From: the human T2T-CHM13v2.0 reference genome, Homo sapiens
Assembly: GCF_009914755.1 (NCBI RefSeq)
Contig: NC_060927.1
Direction: 5' to 3' (one strand)
Length of the DNA stretch: 64,000 nucleotides
Shown here: piece by piece, positions 23,413-44,030 of the stretch
Numbering within the stretch: the stretch's first letter is position 1
Layout: each line of letters opens with the position of its first letter
Position numbers and translations under genes: made by a program
Notes under the pieces: generated by a model
The model's database searches: none
Seen by the model: only the letters and a program-made list of their open reading frames with translations
What the model was told of the DNA's origin: nothing

Positions 23413-23680
23413 TTTGACAGACATCCTTGCAGTTTAAGATGACACTTTTAAAATAAATTATCTCCTAATGATGACTTGAGCCCTTCCACTCAACAGGAGA
23501 ATCAGCAGAACCTGTAGGATCTTATTTGGAATTGACATTCTCTATTGTAATTTTGTTCCTATTTATTTTTAAATTTTCTTTTTGTTTCACTGGAAAGGAA
23601 AGATGATGCTCAGTTTTAAACATTAAAAGTGTACAAGTTGCGTTGTTACAATAAAACTAAATGTGTACACACACACACAA
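23413..23680 (+). pseudogene. Possible retrocopied mRNA 3' end (source unidentified)
   Basis: Non-repeat-like 3'UTR-type sequence, AATAAA 23650-23655, then A/C-rich tail remnant. Confidence 0.45.
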
Positions 23681-23689
23681 TTTTAAGTT

Positions 23690-24062
23690 CTTAATTGAAA
23701 AATAACAATTGTAATAATTATGGGGTAAAATGCGGTGTTTTCATAAGTGTATAGATTGTGGAATGATTAAATCAAGCTAATCAACATACCCATCATCCAC
23801 ATACCCTTTTTTTTTTTTTTTGGTGAGAACATTTAAAGTCTCTTTTAGGAATTTTGAAGTATATAATATGTAATTGTTTACTCTAGTCATCATGCTGTAA
23901 GATAGATCTCAAAAACTTTTTCCTCCTGTCTGACTGAAACTTTGTACCCTCTGACCAACATGTCCCCATTCCCCCCACACCCCTCCCACCTCTGGTAAAG
24001 CGCATTATACTCTCTACCTCTATGAGTTTGACTTTTTAGAATTTCACATATAGGTGAAATAA
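23690..24062 (-). mobile_element. L1MA 3' end
   Basis: Same pattern as 10570-10930 (gattaaatcaagctaa...gaaactttgtaccct). Confidence 0.8.
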
Positions 24063-24733
24063 TTGTTTTTTTGCTTATTTTAAAAAGATGGCATTATTAA
24101 TTGAAAAATTCCAAGTCAAAACAGTTGTTTCCCACCAATACGTTGCTGCTATTATTCCACTGTCTTCTGGATTCATTTTTTGCTGCTGAGAAGCCAGTTG
24201 TCTAATTGCCTTGTCATTGTAGTGGCCTTCTCTTTTTGCGTATTAAAAAATCTCTTTGACTTTGGTGTTTTGTAGACTTTACAATAATCTTAAATGTGTT
24301 TTTATTTTTATTTATCATTTTTGAAAGTTGTTATGCTTCCTTAATGAGGGCACTATACTATGCCCAGAACTATGTATGTTCTTAGAAATATCCTTGTTTT
24401 TTCCTCTCTTGGGCACTGAAAGCCTTGCCACCTGTATCTGCCATAGGATCATAAAGATTAATGTACTCATGCCTTTTACACTTGTTCATGGTGGGAATCT
24501 GTTCATCTCCCATATCCCAGATTGAAATAATAAAATTCTCAATACATGGCATTACTACCTCCTACCTTTCTCCATTTGTGTTCTTTGATTTTGGATTATG
24601 AGCTTAGAATCCCTTTAGGATATCTCCAAGAAGATTTTTAACCCTGGGTATAGGGTATATTCTTTTCAGAGAATGTGAGGAGAGAGTTAGTTTAATTTTT
24701 GCCAGGCTCACCGTCTATTAGGGAACATCTTAA

Positions 24734-25166
<433 letters not shown>

Positions 25167-26472
25167 ACCACTGCATTTTTCTTTTCCCCATAAATGGGCC
25201 ATTAAAACCAAAACTCTAGGTAACCATGGATTGTTAGGTACTCTCAAGGAAACTTTTCCTTTAGCACTCACTGGATTCTACCTCTCTGGATTCGTGATTT
25301 GTCATCATTTTTGGCTTTGGAGAATTTCTCTTACATTTTGTAAGCTGTGCTTTGACTTTAAAAATATTAAAATAATTTTCTCCATCACTTTCACGAGTGT
25401 TGTTTAGAGGATTTTTGGGACTGTTTAGTTTGCATATTGCTGAAGATGGATGTCCTTTGTTACTTCTAGTGCAGGGTATCAGTCTCTTGCAATAGAAGAC
25501 ACAGTTTTGGAAACAGGGCTAACCGTTTCTCTTCAGAATGACCAGATAATTAGGTTGGGTCTTGTGACTGATTAACTGCTTTGTTATAGGGGGAGGACAG
25601 AGAGATAATTGAGTTGTGGTGGCAATTGTGGGCAAGATGGTAGTACAGGGGAATTCCATCTACTGAAGGCAGAGAGCATTGCTAGGAAATATTAAACCGT
25701 ATTACCTACAGATACCTACTTTCAAAAGAAAGATACAAGCTTCCAGGGATCAGAAATGGAGTAGAAAACCCAATCTCTGACTGAGTAGCTGATATTTTGA
25801 TGACTCATGGTACTGGGACTAAACTATATAATGGCAACTGGGATTTCTGCTCCTTTGAGGGGGCTAAAATTTGGCTCACTGCCAATGTTCAAAGGTTGAA
25901 GAGGCACTAACCACTGTTGCATGGTTGTGCCTGTAGTTGATCAAGGAAAGACAAACTGAAACTTGGAATGAGCGTCTGTGTAATTGATTACACCTGTGAC
26001 TTTCCAGAAAGACAAGTTACAAGAGTTCCAAAGCCCCAATTCTGAATGGTGGTCCTGGGAAGACTAGGAAGTGGAAACTATAAAAATTATAAATATGGGA
26101 TTCAGAAGATGAATTCCCACCCACAGTGTGCCCACTAATGAAAATTACTAAGCACGAGGCAATCTAATGTGATTAAAAACAAATAATGAGAGATTTTACC
26201 TGTGGGGAAATTGAATCAATTTAGCTATTAAAGTTAAAAAATTTTCAAAACATAAATGATGGAATACCTTCCATGAACAAACTAGAAGTTTGTGATACCA
26301 AGTGGGAAGTTTTGAAGCAAAAATCTTGAGAAATCCTGAAAAAAAAATTCTTTGAAATGAAAACTTTCTTATAGAACTATAAACAGAATAACAAAAAACA
26401 AAACAAAACAAACAGAATATTGTAAGCAGTCAACCAGAGTAGTTAATTGGATTAAAGAATAAAGGAAGTTGG

Positions 26473-26806
<334 letters not shown>

Positions 26807-26877
26807 TTAAGATATCAAGATGTTATGAGCCAGGGGAGATTGATTGAGCAGTGCCATTATATATCTGATTGGATTTC

Positions 26878-27155
26878 TTCTTTTCTTTCTTTCTTTCTTT
26901 TTTTCTTTTTTTTTGGACAGAGTCCTGTTCTGTTGCCCAGGCTGGAGTACAGTGGCACAATCTCAGCTAACTGCAACCTTCGCCTCCTGAGTTCAAGCGA
27001 TTCTCCCGCCTCAGCCTCCTAAGTAGCTGGGATTACAGGTGTGTGCCACCACGCCCAGCTAATTTTTGTATTTTTGGTAGAGACGGGGTTTCTCCATGTT
27101 GGCCAGGCTGGTCTTGAACTCCTGACCTCGGGTGATCCACCCACCTCAGCCTCCC
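26878..27155 (-). mobile_element. 5'-truncated AluS
   Basis: TSD atctgattggatttc at 26863-26877 and 27156-27170. Confidence 0.9.
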
Positions 27156-27338
27156 ATCTGATTGGATTTCATGGGGATATAGGCAATATTCCAAGAGATG
27201 AAACTTAAGATTTTGTGGTATTTCAGGCAAGAAATAGTTTCCAATATTGATAGTTAACTAAATTCTATCAAGCTAAATGAAAATATAGTCTACCCCTAGA
27301 CACATTACAGTAAACTGTAGAACACCAAAGGCAAATCA

Positions 27339-27634
<296 letters not shown>

Positions 27635-28865
27635 ACAGCCAAATTACATATAAAAGGACTAACAACTTGATTGACAGAAGACATCCTGCAACAACAAAAA
27701 ATGGCAAAACAACGGGCTAATATCTTTAAAGTACTGTAGTTAAATATCATTTTAAAATTAAGAATGAAGGTGTAATTAAAACATTTACAGTCAATTCTAA
27801 GAAAGTTTATCACACAAAAACATGCTCAGACTTACAGAAGCAAGATAGTTTATCACACGTAAGACACAGTGGAAAGAAATATTAAAGGATATTCTTCACA
27901 AAAAGAAAACTGAAGCTACAGTGAAGGAGTGGAATGTAAGAATAAAAATGTAGGAAATAATTGGTAAGGCATAGTGGTAGATCTGAATAGTTATTGATGT
28001 TTTTAAATAAAATAAAACCAGCTTGTTGACATCAGCTTTACCAGTAATCTTTTATCTCCTATATAAAAATATGAGGCAACTACAGTAATAAACTAACATT
28101 TTAAAAGTTAGAAGTTTGGTTTACATGAGAAAAAACTCAGGGTAGATTTTAAAAGGTATAAAATAATGTGGAATAGCAGGAATGCAAACACTTTCCATTG
28201 GGTGAAATCACCAGATTAACAAATTAAAAAAAAATACATAACACAATGCATGCTGAAAACATCTGATAAAATTCAACACAAATTTTCATTTAGAATTAGA
28301 AGACTAGAAGAAAACTTCAGCAGGATAAGGGGTTCCTAGGAAGAAGCAACATACAGTCTTGTATAGTAAGCATACTATTTGGCAGTTTCCTTGGAGAGCA
28401 GTTGGAAAAACCCCAAGAAAAGCCATGGCTAAGTCTTCCAAAATTCATGGGAAAAAAATGCAAGGTAACTAACAACGTAAGAGATCTGGTGATTTCTTGG
28501 TTTGGGGAGAAACGGGAGTGGCAGTATGATGCTGGAGAAAGACTGGAATTTGAGAGAAACAACTGATGCAAAACGAGGGAGAATGAAGGGATCTGAATAT
28601 GACCTTGTAAAGAAGCCCAGAAATCTGGACACATTTTCTGGTATCCTTGCGCAGATTTTCTATTTAAAGATGAGGTCTAGAATATACCTTTTCTTGCTGA
28701 CGTCTTCATCTCCTACTATCGGTAGTGTGCAGCGAAAAAGCAATTGTCCGAACACGCGGTGCCCAATTTCCAGGTTGTTGGATACTCAATGTGAGAGATT
28801 CCCGCAATCCTAGAGGGCCTCCAGCAGAGCGGCCAGGATTGTTGTGTGTACGTGGGGGTGGGGGT

Positions 28866-30120
<1,255 letters not shown>

Positions 30121-30350
30121 TGATCAGTATAACTTATTCAGAAAAAATGATAACAACTGTAATAGAATTTCAAAGATGGCTCGCCTTTAGAACTCATGTT
30201 TTCTTGTGATTTCAGGGATTCTAGAGAAAAGACCACTCAGATCTCTCCGACCCATCCAAATGCTACATACAATTCCTTTAATGCTACTAAATTATTTCAT
30301 TTTAGGAGTATTCAGAAAATACAGATTTCTACTTGGGAAAATTGATTTTA

Positions 30351-30671
<321 letters not shown>

Positions 30672-30708
30672 GTGAAACATTTGTGAATAGTTTCATCCTG
30701 AAAGTTAA

Positions 30709-32075
<1,367 letters not shown>

Positions 32076-32103
32076 TGAGGCTCAGTGGTAAAGCAAATTT
32101 TTC

Positions 32104-32350
32104 TTAAAAAAATAATTAAAAAAATTTGTGTGGGTATATAGTAGAGGTATATATTTATAGGGTACATAAGATGTTTTGATACAGAAATGCAGTGTGAATA
32201 AGCACATTATAGAAAATGGGGTATCCATCTCCTCAAGCATTTATCCTTTGAGTTACAAACACACCAGTTACACTCTTTAAGTTATCAAATAGTAGGTCTT
32301 ATTCATTCTTTGTGGTTTTTTTTTGTATGCATTAACCATCCTCACTTCCC
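32104..32350 (-). mobile_element. Short L1MA 3' end
   Basis: 18-bp TSD tggtaaagcaaatttttc at 32086-32103 and 32351-32368. Confidence 0.85.
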
Positions 32351-32708
32351 TGGTAAAGCAAATTTTTCAAAATCAAATACCCAGGTTGTGTTGGATGTGG
32401 GAATCAAATGCACAGATATAGCTGGCTTTAAATCAAAGACTCTTTCCTGACACTTTTATGAGGAAAGTAGGAGTAGATCACTAATTGGTACTGTGTATGC
32501 CTTTCAAATTAACAGGTAATACCCCTTTCCCCATTCTTTTTTCAAAATGGCTTTCCCTGCTTACATTCACGTGAGCAGAGTATGTTTCCATTTCACTAAA
32601 TCTTTGCAAGCATTTCTTATTGCCACATTCTTAAATCTTTTTCAAGCTATTGTAGTAAAATGCTATTTCATTTTGCATTTCTGATTACCAATAAAGTGAA
32701 CCATTTTT

Positions 32709-33052
32709 CCTTTTTTTAAATTATACTTTAAGTTCTAGGGTACATGTGCACAACGTGCAGGTTTGTTACATATGTATACATGCGCCATGTTGGTGTGCTT
32801 CACCTATTAACTCGTCATTTACATTAGGTATATCTCCTAATGCTATCCCTCCCCTCTCCTCCCAGCCCTTGACGAGCTCCGGTGTGTGATGTTCCCCTTT
32901 CTGTGTCCAAGTGTTCTCATTGTTCAATTCCCACCTATGAGTGAGAACATGTGGTGTTTGGTTTTTCTTTCTTGCGATAGTTTGCTGAAAATGATGGTTT
33001 CCAGCTTCATCCATGTCCCTACAAAGGACATGAACTCATCCTTTTTTATGGC
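32709..33052 (-). mobile_element. L1PA 3' end
   Basis: Primate L1 3'UTR; TSD taaagtgaaYcattttt. Confidence 0.9.
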
Positions 33053-33199
33053 TAAAGTGAATCATTTTTTCATATGCTTATTTACTATTCTTGTATCTTC
33101 TTATTTGAAATGCTCCTATCTTCTATTTTTTTACTTTTAAAAAACTCAGGTTCACAATATTGTATACCAGTTATTCATCAGATATATGTGTAGCAAATA

Positions 33200-35600
33200 T
33201 CTCTGTCATTCTCCCACAGTTTTTGAAGACATTAGCACCTGATTCACTATTATTCCCAGCCGATCTACTTCTGATGTAATTTGTGGTAATTTTAATGTTT
33301 TCATAGATTTTTCCCCCTGAAGTCCTAGCCTCTTAGTTCACAATTTTGTTCTGCCTCCTACCTCACTGACTCATACCCTTGACTTTGTTGTTACCCCAAG
33401 TTGTAATCCCTTTATAATCACAATTTCAACATTTTATTCTCATAGCACCACCTTCTAACTTTCTAATTCAGTTTTAAAAAATATCCAAATCTATCCATTT
33501 TTCATTCTCTCTGGAAAAATCCTTTTATCCTACCATCTTTTAATGGAAACTGATATCATCAGGTTCTCACTTCCCTCTTTACTGGGAACTTAAATTCCAC
33601 GGACAGCCTTGATAATCATTGTCATATTTATATCTTCAACTTTCTTTCCTGTCTACTGCTTTGCTGGTTAAATCTATCTGCCTACTCAGTGCCCTTACTT
33701 GTATGGCTGAATGTGTCTGGAGAAAAACACTCAATCTCTTTGAATAGTCTCACTTTATAATCATGATCACCAACCTCCAGTGGGTTCCTAATGCTGCCAA
33801 GTGATCTTACTATATTGCTCTAGTCCATTCATTCTCTCACTCTTCCAGATGAATATTGCTTGCTTTCTCTTTTCTTCTCAAGCCTCCAATACCTAATCTC
33901 TTATTTTCACTTTTAAATGATCACCTTACTTTCTTTTCACTGAGACAATAGAAGCAATCTGAAGATATTTTTCAAAATTCCCATAATCACATCGGCCCAT
34001 ATAGTTGCATCGGGACTACATATTCTCTCTTCTTTCCTGTTCCCTTAGATAAATTGTTCATGGTCCTAGCAAAGGCCACCCCCTCCACTTGTGCAGTTGA
34101 TTTAATCTCATCTTGCCTTCTCAAGAACATTACTTGAGTAATTCTGTCTCTGTCCTGGATCATCAAATTTTAGCTATCTCATCAAATTTTAACTACTGAA
34201 TCAGTATCTTCAATATATAATTTGAGAGGAAACCTCTTCTGTGTTAAACAAAAACTCTTGACTTGACTTAAATTCCTCCAGTTTCTGCACCAACTTTCTC
34301 CTTATATACCCAAACTCTTGAGTTAGTCAACAATACTTACATTCCCCAATTTCCTTCCTCCCATGCTCTCTTGAGCCCATTCTAATCAGACTCCTGTCTG
34401 TGCCAGTCATCTATAAACCCTCTTACTAAGGTCACTAATGACCCCTATATTATTACATCCAATGGTTAATTCTCAGTCCTCATCTTGCAATCACTCTCTC
34501 CTTTAAACATTTACCCCCCTGGCATCCAAGATCTTTCACTCTCCCAGTCTGTCTTTGGCATCTTCTTATTTTTTCCCCTCATTCTGAAGGTTGGAATATC
34601 CCAGGAGCCAGTTCTTGGCCTTTTTTTTCCTGTCAACTTTCACTCTTTTATGTTAAACACCATCTGTATATTGGTGACTCTCAGATATGTGTGTCCCTCC
34701 TGTACCTCCCCTATGAACAAACAATTGCATTGTCAGTGTTTTCTCCTGAATATCTGTTAATTTGAAACACATGTAGTTTTCATTTTTATAGGTCAGAATA
34801 GTTGAATATTTCTCATTTTATATATTTCAACATAATAATAGGCGGTTCAAACGTTAGGTCCAAATTCGAGCTCTTCGTATTTCCCCAAACCCAATTATCT
34901 CCAAGTATTAACCATCACAGTAATCGGTAACTCCATCCTTCCTTTTGCTCAAACCAGAATTTTGGAATTAAGTGTCCTTTCCTTTGGAAAGGAGTGTCTT
35001 CCTTTCATGCTCCATAGCCATCCCATCAGGACGTCCTAGATCATGCCACTTCCTACCATCCCTCCAACTACCACCCTACTACCACTTTTATCTCTTGAGT
35101 AAATTACTGTAGAAGCCTCCTAAATGGTTTCTTTGCATCTCTCCTTTGTCTCTTTTCCAGCTAATCTCCATACAATAGCTAGAGTTGTTCTGTTAAACCA
35201 TACGTAAATTATGCCACTCTGCTCAAACACCTCCAATTCCATTCAGGGTAAAAGCCAATGTTTTTATATGGGCCTATAGGTTGTGCTTGGATCTCTCACT
35301 CCTATTATCTGTCAGAGTTTATCTTCTATCACTCTGTCCTTTGCTCTCTGGTTTCTATGATTTTCCTAAAAATTGACAGGCATGCTTACAGATTTTGCAA
35401 TTGTTCTTCTCCTGCCTAGAACACTTTACATCTCTCTGAGTGTTTCCTCACTTCCTTCAGACCATGTTGCCAGCAGCTCAATTTCTGAGGTTTCCCCAGA
35501 GCACACTATCTAAGATGGCAATCCCTGACCCTTCTAACTCCCCTCCCTACCTTAATTTAATCCTTAGCACTTATCAGTATTTAACATGTGGTGCATTTTA
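33200..35600 (+). mobile_element. L2 LINE remnant
   Basis: C/T-rich; aaggtcactaatgacc, atccaatggttaattctcagtcctcatc, gccactctgctcaaacacctcca motifs typical of L2. Confidence 0.7.
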
Positions 35601-35619
35601 TTCATTTATCTTATTTAAT

Positions 35620-39865
<4,246 letters not shown>

Positions 39866-41010
39866 TTGGAGAATTGCCATTTCAAATCCTTTGTCCATTT
39901 TTTAGTTGGGTTATTTTGTTGTTGTTGAGTTGTAGGAGTTCTTTATATATGCTGGATTATAGCCTTTTATCACATATTTTATTTGGAAATATTTTCTCCC
40001 ATTCTGTAGGTTATCTTTTCATTCTATTATGTCATTTTGGCATACACAAGTTTTTAATTTTGATGCATGCCGATTTATCTATTTACTTTTGTTGCCTGTG
40101 CTTTTGGTGTCATATCCAAGAAATGATTGGCAAATCCAATGTCATGAAGCTTTTTCTCTGCTTTCTTCTACGAGACTTATAGGTTTAGGTCTTATGTTTA
40201 TGCAAATATTTCCTCCCACTCTGTAGTTGCCTTGTTACTCTGTTGATACTGTCTTTTGATGCACAAAATTTAAAATTTTCATGAAGTCCAATTTATTTAT
40301 TTTTTTCTTTTTTTTCCTCTGCCTCTGGTCTCATATTCAAGAAATTGCTATGAAATCCAGTGTCATGAAACTTTTGCCCTGTGTTTGTTCTAAAAGTTTC
40401 ATAGTCTTAGCTCATACATTTCGCCTTTGATCCATTTTGAGTTAATTATTTTTTTATATGATATAAGGTAATTTCATTCTTTTTCATTTGGATATCAAGT
40501 TTTTCTCAAGAAAATTTATTGAAAAGATTTTCCTTTCCTTATTGAATAGTCTTGGCACCCTTGTTGAAAAGCATTAGAGTATATATGGGAGAGTTTATTT
40601 CTGGGCTCTTTATTCTATTCCATTTGTGTATATGTCTGTTTTTATTCTAGTATTATACTGTTTTGATTATTGTAGCTTTGTAGTAAGTTTTGAAATCAGG
40701 AAATGTGAGTCTTCAAGCTTTGTTCTTCTTTTTCAAGATTGTTTTAGCTATTCAAGTTCCCTTGAGAATTCATATAAATTTTAGGATGATTTTTCCATTT
40801 TTGCAAAAAATATTATTGGGATTTTGATAGGAATTGAATTAAATGAACAATATTAATTCTTCCAGTCCATGAACATGGAATGTCTTTTCATTTATTTGTG
40901 CCTTCATTAGTTTCTTTCAGTAACATTTTGCAGTTTTGTAGTTTTCAGTGTTATTTTTGCCTCATTGGTTAAATTTATTCCTATTATTTTATTATTTATG
41001 ATGCTGTTGT
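39866..41010 (-). mobile_element. Older L1M ORF2 fragment
   Basis: Degenerate antisense ORF2. Confidence 0.75.
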
Positions 41011-41077
41011 AGTCAGTTGTCATTTTAAAGGTTTCCACACCAATGTTGATTCAAGATAGTAACCTATTTGTCATACC

Positions 41078-41290
41078 TAGCTTGTCCAACCCTTGGCCCT
41101 TGGGCCGCATGCAGCCTAGGATGGCTTTGAATGCAGCCCAACACAAATTCATAAACTTTCGTAAAATATTATGAGTTTTTTTTTTTTTAGCTCATCAGCT
41201 ATTGTTAGTATTAGTGTATTTTGTGTGTGGTTCAAGATAATTCTTCTTTTTCCAATGTGGCCCAGGGAAGCCAAAAGATGGGACCCACTT
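41078..41290 (-). mobile_element. MER30 (hAT-Charlie DNA transposon)
   Basis: agcttgtccaacc...ccaatgtggcccagggaagccaaaagat. Confidence 0.85.
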
Positions 41291-42029
41291 ATCTATACCC
41301 TAATGAGTAGTTTCATGGAGAAATTTAGCTAATATTCATTTGAAATCACCTGGTGCCACCAATTGGCTGTCTTGAGAGCACTAGAGATTATCTGAGTAAG
41401 AGGTACAACCAGATTTTTTCCCATTCTTCCTTTTCAAAATCAGGAGTTAATCATTGATTTTGTGTAATGGCCTCATAAGATTGTCTCCAGAGATTTATTG
41501 TTTGAGGGTTTATATAGGATCATAACTTTGGTGAAGCCTGGTTGTTTGGCATAGTAAGTTGCCAGGGCATTTCCTATAGCTTACACATTATCTATTTTTT
41601 CCATGAGCTTCAACCTTTATAACTACCTTTCCAGGAAGTAGGAGTGTGTCTACAAATTCCTGAATTTGTTGCCCATTTTTGATGGGGGTTCTGGTAGGGC
41701 AAGAAACCCCCTTTGTTTCCAAAGCATCCCAAAGACATGTACTACTCCGAAAGCATATCTGCTATTTGTATATATGTTTGATTTTTCGTCTTGGGCTAGT
41801 TGTCAAGAGGTAGTAAATACAGTAAGCTCTGACATCTGGGCTGATTTTACTCAAAGAGAGCTTAGATTAGTGACTGCATATCCTGGTTGATAACTTCCAG
41901 TTTCACTTTTGAGGTATGAGCCATCAACAAATAAGATTAGGAATAATATTAGGTCAAGGTTCTGTAGAGGAGTCTTTAATCAGTCTGAGTAAGGTACAGA
42001 GAATTCCCTAAGGAAGACAATCTTGAGGC

Positions 42030-42343
42030 TCCTTTTCTTTTTCTTTTTTTGTTTTGAGACAAGGCCTCACTCTGTCACCCAGGCTGGAGTGCAGTGGCAT
42101 GACCATAGCTCATAGCAACCTTGACCTCTTGGACTCAAGTGATCCTCCTGCCTCAGCCTCCTGAGTAGCTAAGACTACAGATATGAGTCATCATGCCCAG
42201 TTAATATTTTATTTTTTTGTAGAGACAAGGTCGGGTTTCCATATGTTGCCCAAGCTGGTCTTGAACTCCTGTGCTCAAGTGGTTCTCCTGCCTTTGCCTC
42301 CCAAAGTGTTGGGAATGTAGGCATGAGCCACCAAACCCAGCCT
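42030..42343 (-). mobile_element. AluJ
   Basis: Full dimer. Confidence 0.88.
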
Positions 42344-42448
42344 CCCTTTCTTTAGGTAGAGGCAGAAGAGAGGTAGGATTCAGAGTGAGTGTTGCCGTGG
42401 TGAATTGTAATGTTGAGGCAATGAGTAATAGAATTTCTTAAGATATTA

Positions 42449-42937
<489 letters not shown>

Positions 42938-43429
42938 GATATTAATTGGCTGCCTGAAAAGTGTTGTGTATTCATTCTGTCAGTAGTAAGGTCTATACTG
43001 CATGAGGAACCCTAAACTCAAGTTGGGAGGCTAGAACTAGCTCAGCAGAAGCTGTAATAATTTTTTCAGGTATTAGGACCGCAATTGCCCTAAGACAAGA
43101 GGGATGAGCCTTTCAAACTGGGTCAAGGGTGAAGCTATAGTAAGCAATGTTTCTGTTCATTTTGTTTTGTTTTTGAGAGTCAGGGGTAGTAGAGGACACA
43201 AGTTAGAATAACTAGTTCCTGGTTTCATCAACAAGGCACACTAAGCACTGAGATGGCCATTTTAGTGATGTGTAGAGCTTGCCTCGAACTTCTAACAGAG
43301 TCCCATTTATTGTACATCAAGCAAGTCCCCTTTATTTTATGCTGTGAGGGTATCAACCTGGTTTTTAATGTAAGATCATTTAAAAATATTATCCTTGAAG
43401 TTAACTTCTCTAAAGGATCTTTTTTCTTA

Positions 43430-44030
43430 TTTTTTTAAATATAGATTTTAAGAAGACTTTTTGCAACAGTTTTAGGTTTACAGAAAATTGAGTAGATAGC
43501 AAGGAATTTCCATATACCATCCCTCCCCCTCACAGTTTCCCCTTCTATTAACTCTTGCATTGCCATGAGACCCTTGTTAGAATTCGTAAGCCAATACTGA
43601 TACATCATTATTAGCTAAAGTCCATAGTTTACACTGAAGTTCACTCTTTGTGTTGTACAGTTCTATGAGTTTTGAAAAATGCATAACGTCCTATATCTAC
43701 CATCATAGTATTATCCAGAATAGTTTCATCCCCCTAGAGGTCCTCTGTGTTCCACCCATTCACTCCTCTTTTCACCTCCAAACACTTGACAACCACTAAT
43801 ATTTTTACTGTTTCCACAGTTTCATCTTTTCCAGAATGTCATAGAGTATGTAGCTTTTTCAGATTAGTTTCTTTCACTTAGTAATATGCATTTTAAGACT
43901 TCCCCGTACCTTTTCATGATTTGATAGATCATTTCTTTTTATAGCTGAATAATATTTCATTGTATGGATGAACTACAGTTTGTTTATCCATCTACCTATT
44001 GAAGGACAGCTTGGTTGCTTCCAGTTTTTG
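43430..44030 (-). mobile_element. L1MC-like 3' end inserted in ERV
   Basis: ttttaggtttacagaaaattgag... typical L1MC terminus. Confidence 0.7.
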
